Both the position numbers and the translations under genes were made by a program. Under the pieces are notes generated by a model. That model was not told the DNA's origin and ran no database searches. It saw nothing but the letters and a program-made list of their open reading frames with translations. A DNA stretch of 59,932 bases, the filler included. It is 4 parts of 4 records of this genome, joined end to end, with 100 filler letters (N's around TTAATTAATTAA, not from the genome) between each part and the next. Parts side by side here need not be neighbours in the genome. Positions count along the whole stretch, not along the records: positions 32,958 to 48,419 come from SRR31156797_5662; positions 48,520 to 59,932 come from SRR31156797_5671; 2 more parts are not named here. One strand, given 5' to 3'. Of this stretch, positions 42,252 through 51,316 are shown in pieces (the first letter of the stretch is position 1; every line of letters begins with the position of its first letter).

Positions 42252-42584
42252 ATGGGACTTTCTAAAGAAGATTTATTTAACGAGCAGCTAATTGAAAATG
42301 CGAAGATGTTTAAAGCATTATCGCATCCGGCACGTTTGCAGATATTGCAATTTCTGGCTCAATCTAAGTCCTGCATAACAGGAGATATTTCGGATGAATT
42401 ACCCCTAAGTCGCACCACGGTCAACCAGCATATTAAAGAGTTAAAAGAAGCCGGGCTAATTAAAGGAACAATAGACGGTGTCAAAACAAAATACTGTTTA
42501 AACACCTGTAAAATTGATAAGTTAACTGAAACACTCAGTCTTTTTATTGAAGATTTAAATATTAATAATTATAAATGCGAATAG
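42252..42584 (+). CDS. arsR: ArsR/SmtB family repressor
   Basis: FKALSHPARLQIL..SCITGD..TVNQHIKELK. Confidence 0.9.
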   Translation: MGLSKEDLFNEQLIENAKMFKALSHPARLQILQFLAQSKSCITGDISDELPLSRTTVNQHIKELKEAGLIKGTIDGVKTKYCLNTCKIDKLTETLSLFIEDLNINNYKCE

Positions 42585-42586
42585 AA

Positions 42587-43012
42587 ATGAAGGTTTTAAT
42601 TTTATGTACAGGAAATAGCTGCAGAAGTCAAATGGCACATGGTTTTTTACAATCATTTGATTCAAATATTACAGTTTGTTCTGCAGGAACAGAAGCTTCA
42701 GGTAAGCTAAATGCAAATGCTGTTAAAGCAATGGCTGAAATTGGAATTGACATCAGTGGTCATACTTCTGACTCAGTACAGAAATACTTAAATGAGGAAT
42801 GGGATTATGTAGTAACCGTTTGTGGTGGCGCTAATGAATCGTGTCCTGCATTTACCGGAAAGGTAAAAAATCGTTTACACATTGGCTTTGATGATCCATC
42901 TCACGCAACTGGTACCGAAGAATTCATCTGGAGTGAGTTTTTACGTGTAAGAGATCAAATCAAGGATGGTTTCTATAAATTATATCAGGAAGATATTAAG
43001 CCTCAATTATAA
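42587..43012 (+). CDS. arsC: Arsenate reductase (LMW-PTPase fold)
   Basis: LCTGNSCRSQMA, TVC..CP, FDDP. Confidence 0.92.
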   Translation: MKVLILCTGNSCRSQMAHGFLQSFDSNITVCSAGTEASGKLNANAVKAMAEIGIDISGHTSDSVQKYLNEEWDYVVTVCGGANESCPAFTGKVKNRLHIGFDDPSHATGTEEFIWSEFLRVRDQIKDGFYKLYQEDIKPQL

Positions 43013-43015
43013 GTA

Positions 43016-44047
43016 ATGACAAGCGCTAAAAAACAAATAGGCTTTTTTGAAAAGTACCTTACTCTTTGGGTAGCACTATGCATTGCCGTTGGAATTGGCA
43101 TTGGTCATTTTGCAGGAGACAACATTCAGCTGTTAAGCAATATGGAAATTTACAAGGTAAATATTCCTGTAGCTATCCTGATTTGGCTCATGATTTACCC
43201 TATGATGTTGCAGGTTGATTTTTCCAGTATTAAAAATGTGAGTAAACGTCCCAAAGGTATTGTTTTAACACTAATCATTAACTGGTTAATTAAACCTTTT
43301 ACCATGGCATTTTTTGCCTGGTTATTCTTTTCAAAACTGTATGCGGCCTATATTTCACCTGATCAGGCAGGAGAGTATATTGCCGGAGCAATTCTTTTGG
43401 GAGCAGCTCCTTGCACAGCAATGGTCTTTGTATGGAGTTATTTAACAGATGGTGATCCAAACTATACCTTAGTGCAGGTATCCGTTAACGATTTGATTAT
43501 ATTGGTGGCCTTTATTCCCATTGTCGGTTTATTACTGGGCATCACCAATATTACTATTCCTTACGATACCCTGGTAGCCAGTATCATTGTTTTTGTGGTG
43601 ATTCCGCTTTTGGCAGGATATATAACGCATAAAATACTCATAAAACAAAAAGGAGAACAATGGTTTAAAACGAAGTTCTTACCGAAGTTTAAACCAGTCT
43701 CAATTATTGCCTTGTTATTGACTTTAGTATTATTATTTGCTTTTCAGGGTAATATTATTGTAGAGAATCCTTTTGTGATATTATTGGTGGCCATACCGCT
43801 GGTTATTCAAACTTATTTTATCTTTTTTATAGCCTGGTTTAGTGGAAGAAAACTAAAGCTTCCGCATGCGATTTGTTCCCCTTCTGCTATGATTGGTGCC
43901 AGTAACTTTTTTGAATTAGCGGTTGCGGTAGCTATTGCATTATTTGGTTTGCAATCGCCTGCTGCTCTGGTTACAGTTGTTGGTGTATTGGTTGAAGTTC
44001 CGGTAATGTTATCGCTGGTAAAGCTGGCTAATAAGTGGAAGTACTAG
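43016..44047 (+). CDS. acr3: Arsenite efflux transporter, ACR3 family
   Basis: [31 protein letters not shown]. Confidence 0.95.
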   Translation: MTSAKKQIGFFEKYLTLWVALCIAVGIGIGHFAGDNIQLLSNMEIYKVNIPVAILIWLMIYPMMLQVDFSSIKNVSKRPKGIVLTLIINWLIKPFTMAFFAWLFFSKLYAAYISPDQAGEYIAGAILLGAAPCTAMVFVWSYLTDGDPNYTLVQVSVNDLIILVAFIPIVGLLLGITNITIPYDTLVASIIVFVVIPLLAGYITHKILIKQKGEQWFKTKFLPKFKPVSIIALLLTLVLLFAFQGNIIVENPFVILLVAIPLVIQTYFIFFIAWFSGRKLKLPHAICSPSAMIGASNFFELAVAVAIALFGLQSPAALVTVVGVLVEVPVMLSLVKLANKWKY

Positions 44048-44235
44048 GTTTTTATTAGATCCTTAGACTATAGACAAAAGACATGAGACTTATTTAAAGG
44101 GCGCACAATATTTCTAAATATTTCGGCAAACCTTTCTTTTACATCTCTTTGTTAATTTATTGTAGATCTTAAACGAATTAATGAAAACTCTAATACGATT
44201 TTAAAAATAGTTCTGCTATAAGAATAGCTTAAAAC

Positions 44236-44272
44236 AAATAAGGGTGCAATTGTGAATTGCACCCTTATTTTT
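44236..44272. terminator. Bidirectional terminator
   Basis: AAATAAGGGTGCAATT-GTG-AATTGCACCCTTATTT perfect inverted repeat between convergent genes. Confidence 0.85.
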
Positions 44273-44330
44273 ATCTTCTGGTTTTATTATTCTACAGCCT
44301 GATAAGGCTACAGATTAATAACGTCAAATC

Positions 44331-47300
44331 TTACTTTTTCAAGAGTTTATAACTTACTTCTTTATTGCCAGTTTTTAATATTCCAATGTAAATCCCTTTA
44401 GATAAACCATCAGTATTCAGCTGATTTTGTCCTTGGGTACAGTTAATTGATTCAAGCAATACTCCGCTTTGAGAATACAGACTAAAGATACAATCACCTG
44501 CTATAAGCTCTTTAACATCCACATATACGAATTCTCCCATTGGATTAGGATAAACATTAGCTTCAATACTAATCGTTTCACCATCGATGCTGGTAGTTAT
44601 ATCAACAGCTTGTATTCCTTCGGCTGTTGGTGTTGTTTGCTTAATAGTTCCATCTTCATTAAACTCCAGTTTATCAATACATACTTCACGATGATAGCCA
44701 GGGCCATCATTTATATAGGCTGCATTAATTCTATGGTACACAATATACCATTCATCTTTTCCTGGAATTTGTAACACAGAATTGTGCCCTGTTCCATATA
44801 TTTCATTGGCGGCATCCTGAATAATTACAATCGGACTAGCTGCTACAGTAATGTCTCCAAGAGGTGAATCGGAAGTACCATATGCCACATGATAATTGGC
44901 AGCACCTGTATCATCTACAGACCACATAAAGTAATATAACCCATCTCTGTAAAACACAAAAGCACCTTCTCTATAAGCATAAGTATATAAACTACCTCCT
45001 GATGGTGTCATTAAAACCATCGTTTCTTCTTTTATTGAAACCATATCATCGTTTAGCTCAGCTCCTGCCATATAGGCATTTCCCCAATAGATATAGCTTT
45101 TACCAGAAACTGGATCTGTAAATACACATGGATCAATTTGCTGCCCACTTGCTCCTGATGGCGCACTCGTAATCATCGGTTCTGAAGCTGCAACAAATGG
45201 CCCAGTTGGATCATCTGCTACTGCTACTCCAATTTGTTTTCCGGTTCCATTTATTGTATTTCCACTGAAATAATAGAAATACTTATACTCTCCATCTATC
45301 ATTTTTTCGACAATAGTAGGCGCCCATGCATTCCCATCGGCCCAAGCCACATCACCTTCCTGCATATCTATAATAACACCCTCGTCTGTCCAATCAACAA
45401 GATCATCGGAAGAAAACACTTTGAAATAATAACCTCCCCATGATTCAAATCCATCTGAGGTTGGATAGATATAGAACTTATTTGTTTTATGAGAATACAA
45501 TACCTGAGGATCTGCATAAAAACCATCCAAAACCGGATTCGCTTCTACATTAGCTGTTACAGTATAACTCATACTTAAATCACCAATACTTAAGGTATAA
45601 ACAACTGAACCATTTGAAAAATCCTGTGCTCCTGCCGGGCTTACCTGTACACCCGGAAGCGAAATAATTTGTGGATCAAATGCCTCGATATCTGTACCTG
45701 GAACAACTGGTATATGCACAGTCATATTGGTATCATCTATCACAACATTATTGGATTTTGCCTCTGGAGCAGCCACACTTTGAATATACAAATTGTTAAC
45801 TGTCCCCCACTTAGCTGCAATACGCTCTGCTTCCTCATCCGTAATAGGAATAACAGTACCATGACGAGGATGAAAATCCATAGAGCTATTAATAACAGAG
45901 AAATTAGATAAATCAGTGCTTTCTGTTAATTGATATTCACCCGATGTATATAAATCATACATTAAAATGAAAGTATTAGAATTGATCAACTTGAAAACAC
46001 AAGATCCTTCAACTGCCTCAGTCGTTTGTTGTAAATACTTATCTTCTTCAACAGTATACGGTCCATTAACTTTATCTGCAACAGCTCTTTTTATACCATT
46101 ACCGCTACCTTCTGTTTTAAAAAACATATGATATTGACCATCCTTATAAATAATATCGCCATCAATACATGATGTTGGATAATCGAACAATACTTCCGGA
46201 TCAGATACAAAGTCGGTAAAATCATCATTGGTGTAGGCATAATATATGATATCGATCCCACTATCTTCCTTCATTGACCAATACACCATATACTTTTGCT
46301 CTATCGGATCGTAAATCGTTTGAGGTGCCCATGCCCTGTTAATAGCAGCAAATGCAGGAAAACGCGTTTGAACATCGATAGCTGTATGTGTCCAGTTAAC
46401 CAAGTCGTTTGACTTTAGTAAAACCATACCATGATTACTGCTCCATCCTAGCGCAGATTTCATATCGGTAACCGCCATATAAAATGATTCACCATCAACA
46501 CCTCTTAAAATATGTGGATCGCGAACTCCTCCAAAATAACTGATGGTATCGGATGCAATAATTGGATTATTATCATTGATGGTTTTAAAGTTCATGCCAT
46601 CATTACTTATCGCATAACGAATGGCTTCCTCATCTCCTGTATTTCCAGTAAAGTAAGCGAACAGGTAAGAAGTATAACCTTCATCCTCTGCTACACAAAC
46701 TTCAAAAGTTCGTGATTCTGTATAATTGCCTTTTGTAATACTGGCACTTAGGTTTACAGTTATATTACCACTCCCATTTTCTGGTAAAGCAATAAGTTCC
46801 CCGTTGGAAGATAAAATCTGAGGGTGATCTGACTCCCAAGTAATAACAGATCCTTCCTCACCTTCTGTTGGTAAATAAATATCATCAAAACGACAATATC
46901 CATTGTCTATAGTCAGCGCTTCAGCATCTGCAGTTACTGATTCCTGATCTGTTATAGAAGGTACAACAGTAACCTCAAAATCTACTGTATCCTCATATCC
47001 ATCCTTACTTAATGTTGCTGTTAATGTAACTACCTCTTCTGCCTGACCATATGCTGGTCGAGTCACCATTCCACTATCAGAAATAAAGTCCGGTTTATCT
47101 GACGACCATGAAACAGAAACACCATTACCAACACTTATTGGCAAACTTATATCACTTTTAACCGGGCTTTCTATTACCAATTCTTCTTTTGCCTCATTCA
47201 CGTCCTGACGAGAAAGAGCCAAATTCATATCAGAAATAGTACTTGCTAAAGTGCTTACTTCACTTGCATCTAAAGCTCTGTTGTAGATTCTAAAATCATT

Positions 47301-47972
47301 TAACAATGTATTCTGTAAATAAGCATCTCCGCTAAACTGAGGTCTTCCCAACCAGTTATAAGCAGTAGCCTCACCAATATCCTGAGGCGAATAAGCTGCA
47401 GTACCTGTTGCCAAAACTTCTCCATTTAAATACAAAGTTCCGGTTGTTCCTGTCTGTGTATATACCACATTTAGCCACTCTCCCTTGGACGCTGCATAAC
47501 CTGCATCAACCGCAACATCTTCATTACTCCAGCCGCCTGTTGATTGTGCATATCGCTGCCTATTTACACGGTACGCCACATATTTTCCCGCATATTGAGA
47601 GCAAGCTTCACTTGTAGAAAATGCCCACACAAAATTACCATTGCCTGTAATAGTCGCATCTTCATCAATATAAATGTTTATAGCAACGGAAAAATCACTT
47701 AATGTACTTATTAAACTTCCGGTTGAAGCCCCCATATCAATATAGCCATTTTCTCCACCCAGATCTGCTACCGGATAAGTATCCAAATAAGAGAGCGTTG
47801 CTCCATTTAAAAGAGTGCCATTATTTCCGTTACCCGAAAGGTCGTCAACCTGACCTTCTGTTGACGAAGTAAAGTTATAGTGCAAAATTAAATTTTCATC
47901 GGCTTTCGCTGAACCATACCCCAGCAATAATGTCAGTAATAAAACCAATGATAGTGTTTTTGTTCGATTCAT
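44331..47972 (-). CDS. Multidomain glycoside hydrolase: LamG, Ig-like repeats, two GH43 domains, T9SS CTD
   Basis: GVRDPH/WAP/IDGDI/EG in the first GH43; YADP/WAP/IDP/REG/GHNS in the second; VYPNP...KGIY tail. Confidence 0.9.
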   Translation of the reverse strand: MNRTKTLSLVLLLTLLLGYGSAKADENLILHYNFTSSTEGQVDDLSGNGNNGTLLNGATLSYLDTYPVADLGGENGYIDMGASTGSLISTLSDFSVAINIYIDEDATITGNGNFVWAFSTSEACSQYAGKYVAYRVNRQRYAQSTGGWSNEDVAVDAGYAASKGEWLNVVYTQTGTTGTLYLNGEVLATGTAAYSPQDIGEATAYNWLGRPQFSGDAYLQNTLLNDFRIYNRALDASEVSTLASTISDMNLALSRQDVNEAKEELVIESPVKSDISLPISVGNGVSVSWSSDKPDFISDSGMVTRPAYGQAEEVVTLTATLSKDGYEDTVDFEVTVVPSITDQESVTADAEALTIDNGYCRFDDIYLPTEGEEGSVITWESDHPQILSSNGELIALPENGSGNITVNLSASITKGNYTESRTFEVCVAEDEGYTSYLFAYFTGNTGDEEAIRYAISNDGMNFKTINDNNPIIASDTISYFGGVRDPHILRGVDGESFYMAVTDMKSALGWSSNHGMVLLKSNDLVNWTHTAIDVQTRFPAFAAINRAWAPQTIYDPIEQKYMVYWSMKEDSGIDIIYYAYTNDDFTDFVSDPEVLFDYPTSCIDGDIIYKDGQYHMFFKTEGSGNGIKRAVADKVNGPYTVEEDKYLQQTTEAVEGSCVFKLINSNTFILMYDLYTSGEYQLTESTDLSNFSVINSSMDFHPRHGTVIPITDEEAERIAAKWGTVNNLYIQSVAAPEAKSNNVVIDDTNMTVHIPVVPGTDIEAFDPQIISLPGVQVSPAGAQDFSNGSVVYTLSIGDLSMSYTVTANVEANPVLDGFYADPQVLYSHKTNKFYIYPTSDGFESWGGYYFKVFSSDDLVDWTDEGVIIDMQEGDVAWADGNAWAPTIVEKMIDGEYKYFYYFSGNTINGTGKQIGVAVADDPTGPFVAASEPMITSAPSGASGQQIDPCVFTDPVSGKSYIYWGNAYMAGAELNDDMVSIKEETMVLMTPSGGSLYTYAYREGAFVFYRDGLYYFMWSVDDTGAANYHVAYGTSDSPLGDITVAASPIVIIQDAANEIYGTGHNSVLQIPGKDEWYIVYHRINAAYINDGPGYHREVCIDKLEFNEDGTIKQTTPTAEGIQAVDITTSIDGETISIEANVYPNPMGEFVYVDVKELIAGDCIFSLYSQSGVLLESINCTQGQNQLNTDGLSKGIYIGILKTGNKEVSYKLLKK

Positions 47973-48419
47973 ATTTATAGTGTTTTTCTATGTTTTGTAC
48001 TTTTTCCTAATTTTTTAAAATTTCAAATGGTATATTATTAAGGGTGAGTTGGATAAAATTAAAAATCAAAAAATAAAATTGATCTCCATTCTATTAATTT
48101 AATGATGTCAGCAAAAATAGAAGAATGTCTAAATTATCAATGTAACTTTTCCTGTATAAACTATAATAAATTCATTCCTTAAAATTTAACGATTTTGCAC
48201 CATCCTACTATATATAAAAGAGTTATTTACTAGCACGCGGCATCTTCGATATAGTAGTTATATCTTTAATAAAATTAGGAATACAAACTACAGCCTGCTA
48301 ATTTCGCTCTATGGATTACAAACATTTTGCCTAAATATACTCCTGTTTACAATAGTTTAAACTATACATATTCATCATTTTTTATAAACTGAGTCACTAG
48401 CCTCCGGAAGTCGTAATTT

Positions 48420-48519
48420 NNNNNNNNNNNNNNNNNNNNNNNNNNNNNNNNNNNNNNNNNNNNTTAATTAATTAANNNNNNNNNNNNNNNNNNNNNNNNN
48501 NNNNNNNNNNNNNNNNNNN
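48420..48519. other. Artificial contig linker
   Basis: N run with TTAATTAATTAA. Confidence 0.98.
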
Positions 48520-49033
48520 CGTATCGGTCATACGGGTCTGTTTCGGGGGAGTCATAGCGCTTTACCTCGGAATGAGCGACCAGTACAACAGTCATGCCCC
48601 GGTTAAAACGCAGGCTGTCAAAGCCGCCCATGAGATAACGCCACCAGTCCAGCGCCATTTGATAGCCTTTGCCATAACCGTAATCCTCGATATTTTTGAT
48701 TTCCTTGCCCTTGTCGGTTTCGGGCGCCACGTCAAGCTGCTTTGCCCATACAATCGGTTCAAGCCAATCTAAGGAGTCAAGGACCATGGTTTTAAAGTTG
48801 TGTTCACCGTGCAAGGCGTTTATAGCCGCTTCCATATCGTCGAAGGTCGTTATCAGTTCAGGAAACGTCGCAACATCCAAGGCCCCTGCGCCGTCCTCTG
48901 TCCTAACCACAATAGGCGATTCAAATGTTGAACCGAATGTTGTTTTACCCAAGCCCTGCACCGAATAAACCAATATTTTTTGTGGTTGCCATATTTCTTT
49001 GGCCGTCACAATTTTGTTTAGGTCAAATCCCAT
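48520..49033 (-). CDS. Phage Sak4-like AAA ATPase (3' truncated)
   Basis: Walker A YSVQGLGKTT, Walker B VLDSLDWLE, IEDYGYGKGY, VAH. Confidence 0.85.
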
Positions 49034-49083
49034 TAATCAATCCTTTCCATGTTCCCGTTTGGGAAGCTTTAAAACAAAAAAAA

Positions 49084-49524
49084 TTACCGCCAATCTGTAT
49101 CAAATGTAATTTTGGGTTTTTGGGTCCCCTCATTCCTTGCCGCTTGAAAGACCTTTCGAATTTCTTTCGGGAAAGACTTGTATTTTTTCTCTTTAACCTT
49201 GTAAGAGGTTTCCTCGTCCATATAGTCGGCTGGATCGTCACCGGCGTCTTTAATCCGGTTCCAAATTTCGGTCATTTTCTCCTTGTCCCAGGTTACTTTT
49301 TTCGTAAGGCAATGTTTGACCATCACGCCCTGGACCAATACGTCAACCGTCCCGGTATCCTTACCTGCCAATTTCCGCGCTGCTTTAACCGGTTCGTCGA
49401 TCACAATATTGATTTCGGCATTAACCTTATTCAGCATTTCCATAATTTCGGCTTCCTGGCTGTCAATTATTTCAAGTTGTGTCTCAATATCCGTTTTTTC
49501 CTTTAATAGCTTTTTCAGATCCAT
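49084..49524 (-). CDS. Phage hypothetical protein upstream of the Sak4-like ATPase
   Basis: 146-aa ORF with GAGGA RBS; KKVTWD..GDDPADY..YKVKE pattern resembling phage early-region proteins. Confidence 0.65.
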   Translation of the reverse strand: MDLKKLLKEKTDIETQLEIIDSQEAEIMEMLNKVNAEINIVIDEPVKAARKLAGKDTGTVDVLVQGVMVKHCLTKKVTWDKEKMTEIWNRIKDAGDDPADYMDEETSYKVKEKKYKSFPKEIRKVFQAARNEGTQKPKITFDTDWR

Positions 49525-49663
49525 TATGTTTTATTCCTCTAATTTTATTTGACTCGGTTAAGTTTTTAATATATACCCCATGCAACACAATTTAGGATTA
49601 TTTCACGAGGTATATATTTGGGTTCCCAATTGGGAAGGTTGAAACCATAAAAAAATAGGGATG

Positions 49664-50065
49664 TTATCCCCTCTTTTTAAGGGCCTTTGATAATAGTTCT
49701 TCAACATCGATACCTGCCCGTTGAGCTTCAAATATTTTCAGTCTAAGACTTTCACTTTCCAAAGCCCCCAGGCCGCCGATGTAGTCGGCTTCCTTCTTGT
49801 TAAGATCAAGTTCGTCCTTCAATGTATTTACCTCGACAAATCCCTTTTCAATCAAGCGCAGCAAATGTTTCTCTGCAATCACCCGCCCGTGGGCATCAAA
49901 GTTTTTATATTCTGATAGACGGTTCGGGGGGACTTCTGCTGCCCTGGCTATTTCCACGTCGGTCCATTTTTCAACCTTGTTCCACCTTTCGATTTCTTTA
50001 CCGACAATATATGTGATCCTCTTCAGAAGATCCCGCTTTTCACTTTTTCTTAGTGTATCCATCAT
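49664..50065 (-). CDS. Cro/CI-type HTH protein, candidate prophage repressor
   Basis: WTDVEIARAAEVPPNRLSEYKN HTH; GGAGA RBS before ATG 50065; no peptidase domain. Confidence 0.65.
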   Translation of the reverse strand: MMDTLRKSEKRDLLKRITYIVGKEIERWNKVEKWTDVEIARAAEVPPNRLSEYKNFDAHGRVIAEKHLLRLIEKGFVEVNTLKDELDLNKKEADYIGGLGALESESLRLKIFEAQRAGIDVEELLSKALKKRG

Positions 50066-50172
50066 TTTCCATCTCTCCATCATTCCCGCATTGCCCAATA
50101 ATTTATTACAATCCAACCTGCCTGTCAACACAAATTTCCCTTTTTAATTCCCAAATGTGTTCCATTTAATTA

Positions 50173-50201
50173 TTGACTTCCCAATTGGGAATACTTATAA
50201 T
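50173..50201 (+). promoter_or_regulatory. Sigma70 promoter with 14-bp palindromic operator in the spacer
   Basis: TTGACT-17 bp-TATAAT with TTCCCAATTGGGAA at 50178-50191. Confidence 0.85.
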
Positions 50202-50225
50202 AACACAGTAGAACTTAGAAATTCG

Positions 50226-50255
50226 TTGACAACACTCATTCGCCTACGGTATCCT
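50226..50255 (+). promoter_or_regulatory. Second sigma70 promoter for the C4-like leader
   Basis: TTGACA-18 bp-TATCCT. Confidence 0.6.
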
Positions 50256-50262
50256 GACCGTG

Positions 50263-50353
50263 TTCATGGCAAAATCCATGAATCCGGGGTGCAAGCCGGA
50301 CAAATTACCAAGGCGAATGAGCGCCGCTAATTTATTGTACGACGCTTTTTTTT
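50263..50353 (+). promoter_or_regulatory. c4-a1b1-like leader (b1 hairpin, a1 site, weak terminator)
   Basis: TTCATGG-CAAAAT-CCATGAA hairpin; TCCGG-GGTGCAAG-CCGGA (b1); TACCAAGG 50306-50313 (a1); AGCGCCG...CGACGCT then T8. Confidence 0.7.
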
Positions 50354-50375
50354 ATTCGTTATACAATATAAGATA

Positions 50376-50448
50376 GCGGGTCATGCGTGGGGACCTTCGG
50401 GTCCGCCGGTTCCCTTGGTAGCCGGTCTTGCAACCACGTATGGCCCGC
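50376..50448 (+). ncRNA. C4-type antisense RNA (cloverleaf, about 73 nt)
   Basis: 15-bp closing stem GCGGGTCATGCGTGG/CCACGTATGGCCCGC (2 G-U pairs), GGACC-TTCG-GGTCC hairpin, CCGGT..CCTTGGTA..GCCGG hairpin, single-stranded CTTGCAA; loops complement flanking sites. Confidence 0.82.
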
Positions 50449-50507
50449 CTTTTTGTTTGCAAGCGAAAAGGCGGATTTCCTAAAAATTCTTACCAAGGAG
50501 ATTCGTT

Positions 50508-51119
50508 ATGACGGAAAATCACCCCTCTGTTTTCTCTTTCAACTTCAAAAACAACATTGATCACGAAATCAGGACGATTGTAAAAGCTGATAACTCAATC
50601 TGGTTCGTCGCCAAGGATGTATGCAAAACTTTAGGGCTCTCTAATCCCTCTATTGCCCTTAATCACTTAGATGATGACGAGAGGGCTAAGTTTTTCTTAG
50701 CCCCCCATGTTCAGGCTAATGTCATCTCCGAATCGGGCCTTTACGCTCTGGTTTTACGCTCCAACAAACCAGAGGCTAAACCTTTCCGAAAATGGGTCAC
50801 ATCTGAAGTGCTTCCCCAAATTCGCCAAACCGGCGCTTATAGCCAAACTCCAACCATGGAAACAGGGCCTACAATAGACCAGGTTACAGCTTTCTACCAT
50901 GCCGCCTCTGACGCTTTCTGGCTCAGCTATCGAGCCATCAACCGCCACAAGGTCATTGAAGCCGAACTTAGGCGATCCCAAAAGGCTATTGTGGCTATAA
51001 TCGATTCTATTAAAGAGGCCTACCCCGATTCCGTAGACATGGTCAAAGAACTTGCCGGCAATTACCCGACCAAAACCAAGGTAAAATCGCCGCTTACCGT
51101 AGAACTTCCCAACCGATAA
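50508..51119 (+). CDS. BRO-N domain phage antirepressor
   Basis: WFVAKDVCKTLG, ISESGLYALVLRSNKPEAKPFRKWVTSEVLPQIRQTGAY. Confidence 0.92.
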   Translation: MTENHPSVFSFNFKNNIDHEIRTIVKADNSIWFVAKDVCKTLGLSNPSIALNHLDDDERAKFFLAPHVQANVISESGLYALVLRSNKPEAKPFRKWVTSEVLPQIRQTGAYSQTPTMETGPTIDQVTAFYHAASDAFWLSYRAINRHKVIEAELRRSQKAIVAIIDSIKEAYPDSVDMVKELAGNYPTKTKVKSPLTVELPNR

Positions 51120-51126
51120 CCCAACC

Positions 51127-51157
51127 GGCCCAGGTCGAAACAACTTCGACTTGGGCC
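51127..51157 (+). terminator. Hairpin closing the antirepressor unit
   Basis: GGCCCAGGTCGAA-ACAAC-TTCGACTTGGGCC; no strong U tail. Confidence 0.6.
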
Positions 51158-51208
51158 AATTCTCATGACACTTTCCCTAATTTATTCCCAATTGTTTTCC
51201 TTTTTGTG

Positions 51209-51237
51209 TTGACTTCCCATTTGGGAACCTTTATTGT
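51209..51237 (+). promoter_or_regulatory. Integrase promoter with operator in the spacer
   Basis: TTGACT-17 bp-TATTGT with TTCCCATTTGGGAA at 51214-51227. Confidence 0.75.
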
Positions 51238-51316
51238 TTGGCCCTATGAGGAGAGAAACAGCTTGACTGGCCGATTCAAAACCCCTTATAACCAATTTGG
51301 TATAGGGGAACCGTAT

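Noticed and set aside
44064-44091. AGAC-containing 7-mer micro-repeats after acr3
   Set aside because: Only about four degenerate copies; too short to support a claim
16338-48519. TTAATTAATTAA palindromes within the three N runs, and any gene linkage across them
   Set aside because: Identical 100-nt artificial linkers; the flanks differ in composition and apparent taxonomy
51206-51262. ORF-track start of the integrase
   Set aside because: Overlaps the promoter/operator; starts at 51263 or 51317 have RBS-like sequences
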